A stretch of 45,154 nt of DNA from Candidatus Microgenomates bacterium (GTDB taxonomy: Bacteria; Patescibacteriota; Microgenomatia; JACQLA01), in assembly GCA_016204255.1 (NCBI GenBank), contig JACQLA010000002.1:1-45154 (forward strand), in the 5' to 3' direction. Below are positions 1 to 9,175 of this stretch, one piece after another. Both the position numbers and the translations under genes were made by a program. Within the stretch, counting starts at the first letter, position 1. Each line of letters begins with the position of its first letter. Below the pieces are notes generated by a model. It ran no database searches. It worked only from the letters and a program-made list of their open reading frames with translations, and was not told the DNA's origin.

Positions 1-230
1 AAGGGATTGTATTCGGCAACCCAGGAGCCGGTGGCTACTCCGCTGGTAATGGGAGAATCATTGGGTTGGATTTGGGCGGCGATGTCGTCAAAAAGAGTTC
101 CATTTCTACGAACCTCAAATTTAACCGATTTACCGGTACAGGTACCGGTAGTTGAGGCTGTTAGACCTACTGATTGTCCCTGGATAGCTGTAGCTTTAGA
201 CCAGGAGGCCGAAGAAAGAGAACAGACGCC
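1..230 (-). repeat. Copy 3 (partial) of ~320-bp repeated domain
   Basis: Encodes CSLSSASWS...GKSVKFEVRRNGTLFDDIAAQIQP...WVAEYNP, with long nucleotide identities to copies 1 and 2. Confidence 0.9.
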
Positions 231-1388
231 AGAGGCTGGAGTTGGGGTGGGAGTTGGCGTTACTGTTCCTCCAGTAGATGGAGCTTCGATTGTAGCCACT
301 AATTTTTGAATGTAGAAAAGATCACCCTTGCGATCCGGTTTATCTAAATAGCCCTTAAGCACAGCTGCTGAATCATTAAGTACATAAGAACGCAGCATAA
401 AATAGGTCCAGGAGATCTCCGGAGTGGCATAGGCATGTTCACCCTGAACCAAAGAGGGTCCCACCAGCCAGGCCAGAGGCACATTACTGGTAATTTGAGC
501 AGCATAAGCTGAAGCTTGAGTGGAAGCTTTATCTTTTAAGAAAGTGCCAATATCTCTATTAAAGAAGGCGGCTGTGGGCATCTTTGAGAACAAAAAAAGC
601 GGTGTTGTAAAATCCATCCCGGTATTAGGATAATTTGTTTTGGCAGTTGCTAAAAACTGATCAAGATTGACTCCGGCGGCAAAGCCACTCTCGGCAAAAG
701 CCAAGGCATCATTGTAATCGGCGGTATTCCCCTGATGCTGGGCAATCCTGGCAAAACCAACCACCCCGGCCAGCTCCGGATAGCTATTGATTGCTCCTCC
801 GGTTTTAAAGGAGGTATAGCGGGATTTTAGAGATGTATAATTGTTGTTAACATAAGTCCAGTCTCCGGTATTTTGGGAATAAAGCCAGACAGCATACAAA
901 GCTGAGATGTGAACGGCCGGGCCGGGCCAAAAGTTAAAGCTTTGATTTGGATTAGGAGTAAAGTATTCCCTTTTAGCACCGACAAAATTTGAGACTTTGC
1001 CGTTATTTGGCGGATAATATCCGGTAGAGTGTGGGGGGTAATTGACAATCTCTTGATCCAGATAAGATTTAACCGACGTTTTCAAAGAAGCTGAAAGGTA
1101 AGGATAAGCAGTGCTTAAAGTATAAATAGTTTCAGCGGGAGTGGTATAAAATATCGGGTTTTGGCCCAGGCCGATAAAATAAATCGTTGGAGCCATGTGT
1201 CCCAAGCTGACTATCTCGGCGACTTTTGTTTCCAGCTCCTGCTGGACACCCTGTGTTTCGGTGGTAATAGTAGCCGGTGAAAGAATATTATTAACGTAAT
1301 TCTCATAGACTGCCTTTACCGGATCAGCCTTCATTAAAAATACTCCTACCAATATAAATAACATCAGTTTTAGTAATAATCTTTTCAT
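1..1388 (-). CDS. Secreted/surface protein, truncated by the left window edge (N-terminal ~370-aa helical domain, PT linker, repeated two-Cys domain)
   Basis: Not in the ORF track because it runs off the edge. My translation from ATG 1388 (ATGA overlap with the upstream TGA) reads MKRLLLKLMLFILVGVFLMKADPVKAVYENY..., a signal peptide, and stays open to position 1, ending ...TPTPTPASGVCSLSSASWSKATAIQGQSVGL...WVAEYNP. Confidence 0.9.
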   Translation of the reverse strand, partial: MKRLLLKLMLFILVGVFLMKADPVKAVYENYVNNILSPATITTETQGVQQELETKVAEIVSLGHMAPTIYFIGLGQNPIFYTTPAETIYTLSTAYPYLSASLKTSVKSYLDQEIVNYPPHSTGYYPPNNGKVSNFVGAKREYFTPNPNQSFNFWPGPAVHISALYAVWLYSQNTGDWTYVNNNYTSLKSRYTSFKTGGAINSYPELAGVVGFARIAQHQGNTADYNDALAFAESGFAAGVNLDQFLATAKTNYPNTGMDFTTPLFLFSKMPTAAFFNRDIGTFLKDKASTQASAYAAQITSNVPLAWLVGPSLVQGEHAYATPEISWTYFMLRSYVLNDSAAVLKGYLDKPDRKGDLFYIQKLVATIEAPSTGGTVTPTPTPTPASGVCSLSSASWSKATAIQGQSVGLTASTTGTCTGKSVKFEVRRNGTLFDDIAAQIQPNDSPITSGVATGSWVAEYNP

Positions 1389-4300
1389 CTTTTGGTCCCC
1401 TTGACTGCCAAAATGGTACCGTAGTGTAAAATATAGAAAGTATCATCCACAATCGGAGTAGGTCTTTTAATATTGTTACCGTCACTGTCCATCTCACCAT
1501 AGGGGTTATATTTATCTATCCTCCACCCGTTACCCGAAGCTACATCCACATAGTCATTGAAGGTAATGGAACCGGTTTCGCAGAAAGGTCCACCGGAAGT
1601 GGGATTATAACAAACTGCGGTTTGAAGACGTTTTTTATTTAGGGTATCAAGACCAACCGTACCCCGGGCCACATCAAGATAAATAATGTCACCGCTTCGA
1701 ACCAAGGCTGAGGATTCATCAGAGGTAAAGGGCGATTTATATGGACCGCAATTACTAAGAGTGGTACTTCCGGCCGGTAATGGATTACAGGTATCAACCG
1801 GAATAATATCACCTGTGGTGAGATCCAACTCCCCAGTATATAAAGCGTCATTAGTGGTTGGCCCCCAATAAGACGGCTCACCAAAAGATCTTCTGTAAAT
1901 TACATTGGCATTACCGTTGGGAAGAAGAATTGGTTGGGCATGGGGTGATTGACTGCCTCCTGAGGCATAAAGCACTGGTGGAACAAATGGAGCCACACCG
2001 GAATTTTGATCAAGCACATAAAGAGGTTGCTGATATGGTTTAGCGGCGAGTAAGTTTAAGATGGCCTGTTTTTGAGTAGACCATGGTTGGTTGTAGATAA
2101 GAGTGGCTACGTCTGAGTGAAATAAATAGTTACCGTCAGATAAAGCAGCATGAGAACTTCCATAGAGCATAGGAGTGAAGAAAACTTTGCCATTACCAGC
2201 TACTGTCCACCTGTCCCTGAATCCCTGGCCCCGGATTTCTTTCTGCCAGGCTATTGTCCCGTCAGCAGCATTTAAGGCATACCCTACTGAATTCAACCCG
2301 CCAAAGAAAACCTTACCATTATCGAAAGCTGCGCTGTCATAAATCGGCGCACCAATATCACGTTTCCAGATCAGTAATCCAGCGGAATTATTGGTAGCAG
2401 CATCCAAAGCATACATATTACCATCAGAAGAGCCGATAAATACTCTACCGCCAGCTACAACCGGAGCGGTTTTAACAGTACTGCCTGTTTTATATTTCCA
2501 GATTAAGCTGCCACTACTGGCATTTAGGGCATAAACATAATTATCGGTTGAGCCAAAGAAAACCCTGCCATTATCAAAGGCTGCCGTATTAACCAGCGCT
2601 CCTCCGGTTTTATAACTCCAGGCTGTGGAACCGGAAGTGGTGTTGAGAGCATAGATTGATCCATCGTTGGAGGGAATGAAAACTAAACCTTGAGCAACGA
2701 TTGGTTGGACACGGGAGGATACCGGGAACTGCTTGGTAACTCTCCAAAGTTCGGTATAAGGCGGACCGACTGTTTGAGGAACATAACCTGAATGCTGGGA
2801 ATCTTTTTGAAGCTGTGGCCAATCGGCACCAGCCTGCACCGGCGTAGGAGTAGGCGTGGGTCCAGAGGATGTTACCCGTAGGAGTCTGGGGTTGGATTCC
2901 ACAATAGTAGTATCTCCTGCCACATTAGCTTTGAAATAGTAGTCAGGATCGGTACCGGGTAGCAAGGGATTGTATTCGGCTACCCAGGTGGTTGAAGATG
3001 TGGTACCTGAGATGGAAGTATCTGCGGGTTGGGTATTGGCAGCAATATCATCAAAGAGGGTTCCGTTTCTTCTCACTTCCCAATGGACACTCTTGCCGGT
3101 ACAGGTACCGGTAGTTGAGGCAGTAAGACCTACTGATTGTCCCTGAGTAGCTGTAGCTGTGGACCAGGAGGCAGAAGAGACAGAACAGGGGCCAGAGGCG
3201 GGAGTTGGGGTGGGAGTTGGACCACTGGTAGGAGTAGTAGTTGGGGAAGCACCGGATAAAGTCAGGTGCAGAACCCAATCATTGGTATCCGGAGCAGTTA
3301 AAGTTCTTGAAACCCCGCCTGAAACAGTAGAGGTAGCAGCACCATAAACCCCGGTTCTTGGGTTATACCATTTGGCATCAAAGGTTCCGGAAACCCCAGA
3401 GAGATTAACTGTAACACTGCCACCAGTCTTTAGATATACCACATATTCTTGTCCCGGATTAGCTAAGCCTTGAATGCTACCAAATAAGTCTGGCCTGGAT
3501 TCTAAGAGCCAGAATTTAGTTTTATCCCTAAAGAAGAGGTTAGCATAACTGCTGTATTTAGCTCCCATTGACTGCAGATCAGTGCCCCGAGTCTCATAAT
3601 CAAAATAGCCTCCTCTCATTCTCACGTCCCAAACCATTGGCCTGATCTCATCAGCCATCACCGGGGTGGTCCGACCGCAGTTTAATGACTCTTCATAACC
3701 ACAGTATTCAACATTAACTACCGGCTTGTTGTAGCTTAGGTAATTAGAAGTCTGAGTGGTAGGCAGCTGAAGCATCACATAGTCATACCAGCTTTGGTTA
3801 GCTAAAGTTGCATCCGGACCACCGGTTAAATGAGTGGTAACAAGGTGCTTGTAAGGATCCCATTTCTTCGTGAGGTTACCATAATCATTAACAGTCGTTT
3901 CCCAGCCTGCGCCAAATTCATTTCCTTCGCCAAATAAATTATAGGTAATGTTATAGGCAGCATAACGGGCAATGAGATAACGCCAATAACGTTTCATCTT
4001 AGCGTCACCGATACTTCCCCAGATATTTTGATCCGGCCAACCAAGCATGAATTGGGGGATAACTCCCTGATTTAAAAGAAGTTGGACTCTCTCATCGCCT
4101 TTCTGATAATAAGCCGGATTTAAAAGATCAGGATTATAACTGGTGAAAGGAGCGCCTCCTTCGTTTGCCTGTGTTTGGTTGTTCCACTCCGGTTTATTAA
4201 AACCATAATATCCCCAATGAGTTACACTAAACCCTTGGGAAGATCTGGTATTGATCAAGTTTTGATACGTTCCATCGGTCAGTCTCCCACCACTCCCACC

Positions 4301-7300
4301 ATCAAAATGAGCAATCATCAGCGTCACCGGAGCCCAATAGAAAGGCGTCCCGTCATCCCATTGGAAATGGTGTTTGTTGGTAGGATTAACTCTAACAAAT
4401 CCTTTAGAAGTTGAGGTGGTAACATTAAAGGACCCGGTTTTACCATTCAATCCTGAATCAGTAGAGGAAGTGGTATAAGTCCAGGTACCCTCAACGGTGG
4501 GAGCCATTCTAATCTTCCAGGTATCTCCTCCATCCCAGAAGCCATCAATGGTAATAGTTGGTGTTCCTCCCGGACCGGTGAAGGTCCCGGTGACAAAACC
4601 CGGGGTGGTAGAATCTGAAGGCATTTGAAAGTAAGGATTAGTATAGTTACCGGAATCAGTTAAAGCTACTTCAAAGATTCCATATTTGGGTACTTCGGTT
4701 AAAACCGTACCCTGGGTAACCTTAAGCAACCTGGGGTTAGATTCAACAATGGTGGGGTCCCCTGCCACATTGGCTTTGAAGTAGTAATCAGGATCGGTGC
4801 CGGGGATTAAAGGATTGTATTCAGCAATCCAGGAGCCGGTGGCTATCCCACCGTTGATTGCTGTATCGTTGGGCTGGATTTGTGCCGCAATGTCATCAAA
4901 CAAAATACCATTTCTACGAACCTCAAATTTAACCGACTTGCCAACACAACTTCCGGAAGTATTAGCGGTTAGACCTACGCTCTGACCTTGGGTAGTTGTG
5001 GTGGCCGACCAGAAGGCGGAAGAAATAGTACAGGGTCCTAGAGGGGTAGCGGCGAGCGCTTGCATTTTATCCCAGATGAAAGAAACTCCCGGATCCGCAG
5101 CGGTACCCGCTCCCCCTTTGTCATATCTTGGCCAAGCAACAGAGTCTGCCTGCTGGTGCCAGGCAGCATGCCAAAACCAGTAACCCTTATTGTTAAAGGT
5201 AGTTTGAGCAGCATCTTGAATAGCTGTTCTAGTAGTACCATCTACAGTATTGTCAAAATCACCCGGAACTCCACCATCAGCTGTATAATAATCCTTGCGG
5301 GCATACTCGATCACCACATTACCATTGGATGTGGTAGTACCTGTGTCGCTTAAAAAACCATCATGGGCCCCCGTGTCATCGGAAACATGAGTAATCCTTT
5401 GAGGATCCAGACTTTTAATAAGATTAAATAATTCTATTCTGCCGCTAACGCTGGTCATCAAGGGCTGGGTAAATCCGCCATGATACCATTCATTAATTAC
5501 ATTCAACCAGACATTACGCCAGGGCTTCAAGAAGTTGGTAGCATTAGTAGTGGCTGCCCTAACCGCATTGCTGTCAGTCAGATCTTCATCCCTGGCTTGG
5601 TAGAAAAAGTTCACTACTCCCACCATCTGTCGGGCAACCAGGGCATCTAAAATATTTGCCAGACGGTTGGCGTAGACTGACCTGAGAGTTCCGTCGCTAT
5701 TAAAGGTTTCGGTAGTGCCGGTTTTAGCCCCCTGGAGGGAAATGCTGACTGACTGAATACCATGGGTCTTCATTGAGTCAAGATTATCAATTAGTCTTTG
5801 GGTGACGACATCGGATTCTAAGGCATTAGTTGCTCTTATACCGAAACGCGAGATCTCAACCCCATCTAATTTAAAAACTCCGGTTTCTCTGGTCAAAACA
5901 GGCATTGGTTTTAAATTCAAATGCAAAACCCAGTCGTTGGTATCTGCGGCGGTGAAGGTTTTGGAGGCTCCGCCGCTCACTGCCGCAGCCGAGGTGTAAG
6001 CGCCGGTTCGCGGGTTAAACCACTCAACATTAAAACTGCCAGTTACTGCGGAAAGATTTACTGTCGTTGACCCGCCAGAAGGAAGATAAACAATGTATTC
6101 TGATCCTGTTTTTGCCAAAGTATAGCCGGCGGTCGCTAAGCTATTATTTGGAATCATCTCCCAAAAGTTTGGCTTAGAGCCCTTTATAGATCCCGTACCG
6201 TCATTAAAGAATTTATTAGCATGCCCCATGTATGTACGCATTACTCCGCCACCCATATCGGGAGCAGTAGGATCATAATCTGACCAAACTGTATCATCCT
6301 GTATAAAAGCGCCTCCCCCGGCTACCGCCGTTGACCAGAGTAATCTTCGAGCATTGTCAGCCGTAATAGTCGTAGACCATAAGTTATCAAAAGCAGGGAC
6401 TGACTCGGAATTGACCGCCGGTTTATTGGGAATCTCGTTAAAATATCCCACCCAGCCAGTGTTTACCGAAGTTGGATCATAGGTGTTGGTATGATGAGTT
6501 TTGAAGTCAACATTAGGATTGGTATTTGCATCCGTAACTGTGTAGCCAATATTAACAGTGAGAGGAGCGGTTGTTCTTGCTCTAAAGAAGTTTAACCAAA
6601 AATCATCGTATCCGGCGATATTAGCTCCCTCGTTAGTCATTTCATAGACTATATTATTGCAACCGGCGGTGTTAACTTCGCTAATCAGTTTGTCCGCAAA
6701 TTTTTCCTGAAAATATTTATTTTTCTTCTGCCATGACCAGGTACTACTGTATGTTTGAGTAATAATGCTTGTCGTATAATCATCAAAAGTGTAAAGACTA
6801 TCCCTAAAAGGTTCTCCTGTTCCCGAAATTGATGAAGGGATAGGTCCACCGTTTGGTCCCCAAAAGGGAGAATAACCTTGCGCCCATTTGGCTCCCCCAT
6901 CCCAAACACTAATAAGAAGCACTATGCCGTTATTTTTCGCCGCCGTACAAAGACCGGTTAAACGATTAAAGTAGTTTTGATCAAAAGTATTTAAGTCGTA
7001 GGTTTTCCCACCATCTACCGCCGTTCCTGTACCCGTTCTGGCCCACGGAATTACCGCCGGAACCACATAGCCATATCTTGATTCGGTTAATGTGCCATCA
7101 AGCTTTTGACGGGGCGCCATCCACAACCAGACCATCGCTCCCTTCACTCCCTTACTAGCTAACTCATTAATCCAGGCGTTGTAGTCAATATTGGCATTTT
7201 GCATCACCGATTGAGTAGCGCTATCCCCTAAAAACATTACTGGAGAACCATTGTAGGTAAAATAATGTGAGTTAAACAAAGCTAAATCTGTACTTAGACC

Positions 7301-7594
7301 GGCGACCTGGCCGGTGTTGGTAGATTGCTTCTCCAGCAACACCTCAGGGCGAATGTATGGGAGCAGGGCGGCAAAGGGCGAAGATTGCGATAAAAGATTT
7401 TTAATGGAAAGGGCGGATTTTATTTGAGGTTGGGCTGATCCGAGGCTGTATAAAAATGTTACCAGTAAAACTAGTGCCGTAAAAACGGGGATTAGCATGC
7501 GGAAGCACGCAATATTAAATTCCCGACCCAACCCTTTAGGAGCAGGATTATCTTCTTGTTGAGCCATCTTTTTTTGAATAAATAATAGGTCCAT
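1385..7594 (-). CDS. Giant membrane-anchored multi-domain protein: three glycoside-hydrolase-like modules (last one DUF5060/DUF4038 apiosidase-like), two collagen-binding-like domains, two repeated two-Cys domains, C-terminal PQQ/BamB-type beta-propeller
   Basis: 2069-aa ORF with an N-terminal TM helix. NE motifs (MTNEG, VINEW). GFWDGGDTWKIRMAP is DUF5060-like. EY.VYL..GG...VNLS...W.NPRTG...DWVLHL occurs twice. Repeated VF.GS.D...YAL.A..G...W propeller blades. Start may be 7594 or the ATG of MAQQ. Confidence 0.85.
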   Translation of the reverse strand: MDLLFIQKKMAQQEDNPAPKGLGREFNIACFRMLIPVFTALVLLVTFLYSLGSAQPQIKSALSIKNLLSQSSPFAALLPYIRPEVLLEKQSTNTGQVAGLSTDLALFNSHYFTYNGSPVMFLGDSATQSVMQNANIDYNAWINELASKGVKGAMVWLWMAPRQKLDGTLTESRYGYVVPAVIPWARTGTGTAVDGGKTYDLNTFDQNYFNRLTGLCTAAKNNGIVLLISVWDGGAKWAQGYSPFWGPNGGPIPSSISGTGEPFRDSLYTFDDYTTSIITQTYSSTWSWQKKNKYFQEKFADKLISEVNTAGCNNIVYEMTNEGANIAGYDDFWLNFFRARTTAPLTVNIGYTVTDANTNPNVDFKTHHTNTYDPTSVNTGWVGYFNEIPNKPAVNSESVPAFDNLWSTTITADNARRLLWSTAVAGGGAFIQDDTVWSDYDPTAPDMGGGVMRTYMGHANKFFNDGTGSIKGSKPNFWEMIPNNSLATAGYTLAKTGSEYIVYLPSGGSTTVNLSAVTGSFNVEWFNPRTGAYTSAAAVSGGASKTFTAADTNDWVLHLNLKPMPVLTRETGVFKLDGVEISRFGIRATNALESDVVTQRLIDNLDSMKTHGIQSVSISLQGAKTGTTETFNSDGTLRSVYANRLANILDALVARQMVGVVNFFYQARDEDLTDSNAVRAATTNATNFLKPWRNVWLNVINEWYHGGFTQPLMTSVSGRIELFNLIKSLDPQRITHVSDDTGAHDGFLSDTGTTTSNGNVVIEYARKDYYTADGGVPGDFDNTVDGTTRTAIQDAAQTTFNNKGYWFWHAAWHQQADSVAWPRYDKGGAGTAADPGVSFIWDKMQALAATPLGPCTISSAFWSATTTTQGQSVGLTANTSGSCVGKSVKFEVRRNGILFDDIAAQIQPNDTAINGGIATGSWIAEYNPLIPGTDPDYYFKANVAGDPTIVESNPRLLKVTQGTVLTEVPKYGIFEVALTDSGNYTNPYFQMPSDSTTPGFVTGTFTGPGGTPTITIDGFWDGGDTWKIRMAPTVEGTWTYTTSSTDSGLNGKTGSFNVTTSTSKGFVRVNPTNKHHFQWDDGTPFYWAPVTLMIAHFDGGSGGRLTDGTYQNLINTRSSQGFSVTHWGYYGFNKPEWNNQTQANEGGAPFTSYNPDLLNPAYYQKGDERVQLLLNQGVIPQFMLGWPDQNIWGSIGDAKMKRYWRYLIARYAAYNITYNLFGEGNEFGAGWETTVNDYGNLTKKWDPYKHLVTTHLTGGPDATLANQSWYDYVMLQLPTTQTSNYLSYNKPVVNVEYCGYEESLNCGRTTPVMADEIRPMVWDVRMRGGYFDYETRGTDLQSMGAKYSSYANLFFRDKTKFWLLESRPDLFGSIQGLANPGQEYVVYLKTGGSVTVNLSGVSGTFDAKWYNPRTGVYGAATSTVSGGVSRTLTAPDTNDWVLHLTLSGASPTTTPTSGPTPTPTPASGPCSVSSASWSTATATQGQSVGLTASTTGTCTGKSVHWEVRRNGTLFDDIAANTQPADTSISGTTSSTTWVAEYNPLLPGTDPDYYFKANVAGDTTIVESNPRLLRVTSSGPTPTPTPVQAGADWPQLQKDSQHSGYVPQTVGPPYTELWRVTKQFPVSSRVQPIVAQGLVFIPSNDGSIYALNTTSGSTAWSYKTGGALVNTAAFDNGRVFFGSTDNYVYALNASSGSLIWKYKTGSTVKTAPVVAGGRVFIGSSDGNMYALDAATNNSAGLLIWKRDIGAPIYDSAAFDNGKVFFGGLNSVGYALNAADGTIAWQKEIRGQGFRDRWTVAGNGKVFFTPMLYGSSHAALSDGNYLFHSDVATLIYNQPWSTQKQAILNLLAAKPYQQPLYVLDQNSGVAPFVPPVLYASGGSQSPHAQPILLPNGNANVIYRRSFGEPSYWGPTTNDALYTGELDLTTGDIIPVDTCNPLPAGSTTLSNCGPYKSPFTSDESSALVRSGDIIYLDVARGTVGLDTLNKKRLQTAVCYNPTSGGPFCETGSITFNDYVDVASGNGWRIDKYNPYGEMDSDGNNIKRPTPIVDDTFYILHYGTILAVKGTKR
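2871..3193 (-). repeat. Copy 2 of ~320-bp repeated domain
   Basis: Encodes GPCSVSSASWS...EVRRNGTLFDDIAA...PGTDPDYYFKANVAGDTTIVESNPRLLRVT. Confidence 0.9.
4715..5038 (-). repeat. Copy 1 of ~320-bp repeated domain
   Basis: Encodes GPCTISSAFWS...EVRRNGILFDDIAA...PGTDPDYYFKANVAGDPTIVESNPRLLKVT. Confidence 0.9.
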
Positions 7595-7622
7595 CTCGAC
7601 GTCGATGGAAGTGAAAAAGCCC

Positions 7623-7662
7623 TGTAATAACTATTACAACATATTTTTTTTACACATGTCAA
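7623..7662 (-). promoter_or_regulatory. Putative sigma70 promoter of the giant gene with overlapping inverted repeat
   Basis: TTGACA (7662-7657), 18 nt, TGTAAT (7638-7633). The inverted repeat TGTAATA-AC-TATTACA (7623-7638) overlaps the -10. Confidence 0.5.
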
Positions 7663-7671
7663 GAGCCCATA

Positions 7672-7721
7672 TAATTCACGAAGTGAATTAGTAGTGAGCG
7701 AAGCCCCGATTAAATCGGGGC
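7672..7721. repeat. REP-like palindromes
   Basis: TAATTCAC-GAA-GTGAATTA (7672-7690) and GCCCCGAT-TAA-ATCGGGGC (7703-7721). Confidence 0.7.
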
Positions 7722-7902
7722 GCAGCGAGCGTCTAATTGGAGTATATTTTATCCTATATCTATTATCTATAAACCTCTAGGTTTTTTATATATTGTTTTA
7801 TTTTTAATAACTATTTAGTAAAAAGATCGTATTTAATTACTTTAAGATTATTTTGATCTAAAATGATCTACATCTACTCCCCACCGCAAAACAAAGCACC
7901 TA

Positions 7903-7931
7903 TTGACAATAAAAATGACCTGCCTGAAAAT
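7903..7931 (+). promoter_or_regulatory. Putative sigma70 promoter, leaderless-type
   Basis: TTGACA-17 nt-GAAAAT, 8 nt before ATG 7940. Confidence 0.6.
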
Positions 7932-7939
7932 AACTGATT

Positions 7940-9175
7940 ATGCTTCTCAATCATGTAGAACCGGAAGAAAAACAGTTTGAAGATTATAAAACCTTAATTG
8001 AAAATTCTTTATACGCAGAGATTAAAAATCGATCTCAACGATTGGCTGGCTTAAAAATTGCTCAGCTCAATGCCGCAGCTTCAGGCGGAGGTGTGGTAGA
8101 ACTCCTTCGCAGTTTTATTCCTTTATTAAACGACTTAGGTATCAAGACTGACTGGTACACTCTTTCCGCGCCGACTGCTTTTTTTGAAATCACAAAAAAG
8201 ATGCACAATTTTTTGCAGGGCGGCAAAGGAAAATTAACGCAAGAAGAAAAAGATTTTTATTTTAAATATAACTGTTATTTTGCTGAAGAGATGAAGGAAA
8301 TCAAAACGGATCTTTGGGTGATTCATGATCCACAACCGGCTGCAATTATCTTATACGGTAACCCTCATCCTCTTATCTGGCGCTGTCATCTGGACACTTC
8401 TGAAAGCAATAACTGGATTCAAGGTTTTTTCTCTTTTCTCAAAGATTATGACAAGTATATTTTTTCTTTACCACAATATGCTTTCCCTGATCTTGATAAA
8501 AGAAAAGTCGCTATTTTCCCGCCGGCAATTGACCCCTTTACCCCCAAAAACCAACCATTAGACTCATCGCTGGCAGAGGGAATTATGGCTAAATTAGGCG
8601 TTAATCCGTCAAAACCTATCATCACTCAAGTTTCCCGTTTTGACCCCTGGAAAGATCCATTGGGAGTAATTGAGGCCTATCAGTTGGCTAAAAAGGAAAT
8701 TTCAGACCTTCAGCTTATTCTGACCGGCGAAATGGCGGCCGATGATCCCGAGGGACAGCGGATTTTGGAGGATGTCAAAAAAGTAGCCGGTAGTGACCCG
8801 GATATCCACCTTTGGGCCGATGAGAAGCGGGATGATTTAAAAATCAATGCTGTTCAAGTTGCCTCTGATATTATTTTGCAAAAATCCCTTAAAGAAGGCT
8901 TTGGTCTAACGGTTACTGAGGCGATGTGGAAAGGGAAAGTGGTTATTGGCGGCAATTGCGGCGGAATTAAATTTCAGATTAAAGATGGCAAAAATGGCTT
9001 TTTAGTTAATTCGCCCGAAGAGGCGGCACAAAAAATTATTTGGACACTTAAAAATCCGGAAAAGGCTGAAATCATTGGGCAACGTGCCAAGAAAACGGTC
9101 CGTAAAAATTTCCTTATCCCCCGCCTCTTAAACGACGCCCTCAAACTTTTCGAAGAACTTCTAGCGGTCAAGTAG
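7940..9175 (+). CDS. treT: GT4 glycosyltransferase, trehalose synthase TreT-like
   Basis: N...GGGV.ELL, IHDPQP, WRCHLD, VSRFDPWKDP and EGFGLTVTEAMWKG motifs typical of TreT. Confidence 0.8.
   Translation: MLLNHVEPEEKQFEDYKTLIENSLYAEIKNRSQRLAGLKIAQLNAAASGGGVVELLRSFIPLLNDLGIKTDWYTLSAPTAFFEITKKMHNFLQGGKGKLTQEEKDFYFKYNCYFAEEMKEIKTDLWVIHDPQPAAIILYGNPHPLIWRCHLDTSESNNWIQGFFSFLKDYDKYIFSLPQYAFPDLDKRKVAIFPPAIDPFTPKNQPLDSSLAEGIMAKLGVNPSKPIITQVSRFDPWKDPLGVIEAYQLAKKEISDLQLILTGEMAADDPEGQRILEDVKKVAGSDPDIHLWADEKRDDLKINAVQVASDIILQKSLKEGFGLTVTEAMWKGKVVIGGNCGGIKFQIKDGKNGFLVNSPEEAAQKIIWTLKNPEKAEIIGQRAKKTVRKNFLIPRLLNDALKLFEELLAVK

Noticed and set aside
7-1048. Track ORFs 7..309 (+) and 827..1048 (-)
   Set aside because: Antisense or out-of-frame shadows of the real edge-truncated gene 1..1388 (-)
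1-5038. Repeated domain as a diversity-generating retroelement TR/VR pair
   Set aside because: Differences include many non-adenine changes, all copies are coding, and no reverse transcriptase is in the window
1639-6909. Many short ORFs within the giant gene, including similar-looking + strand peptides
   Set aside because: Shadow ORFs. Their mutual similarity just mirrors the repeated domain on the coding strand
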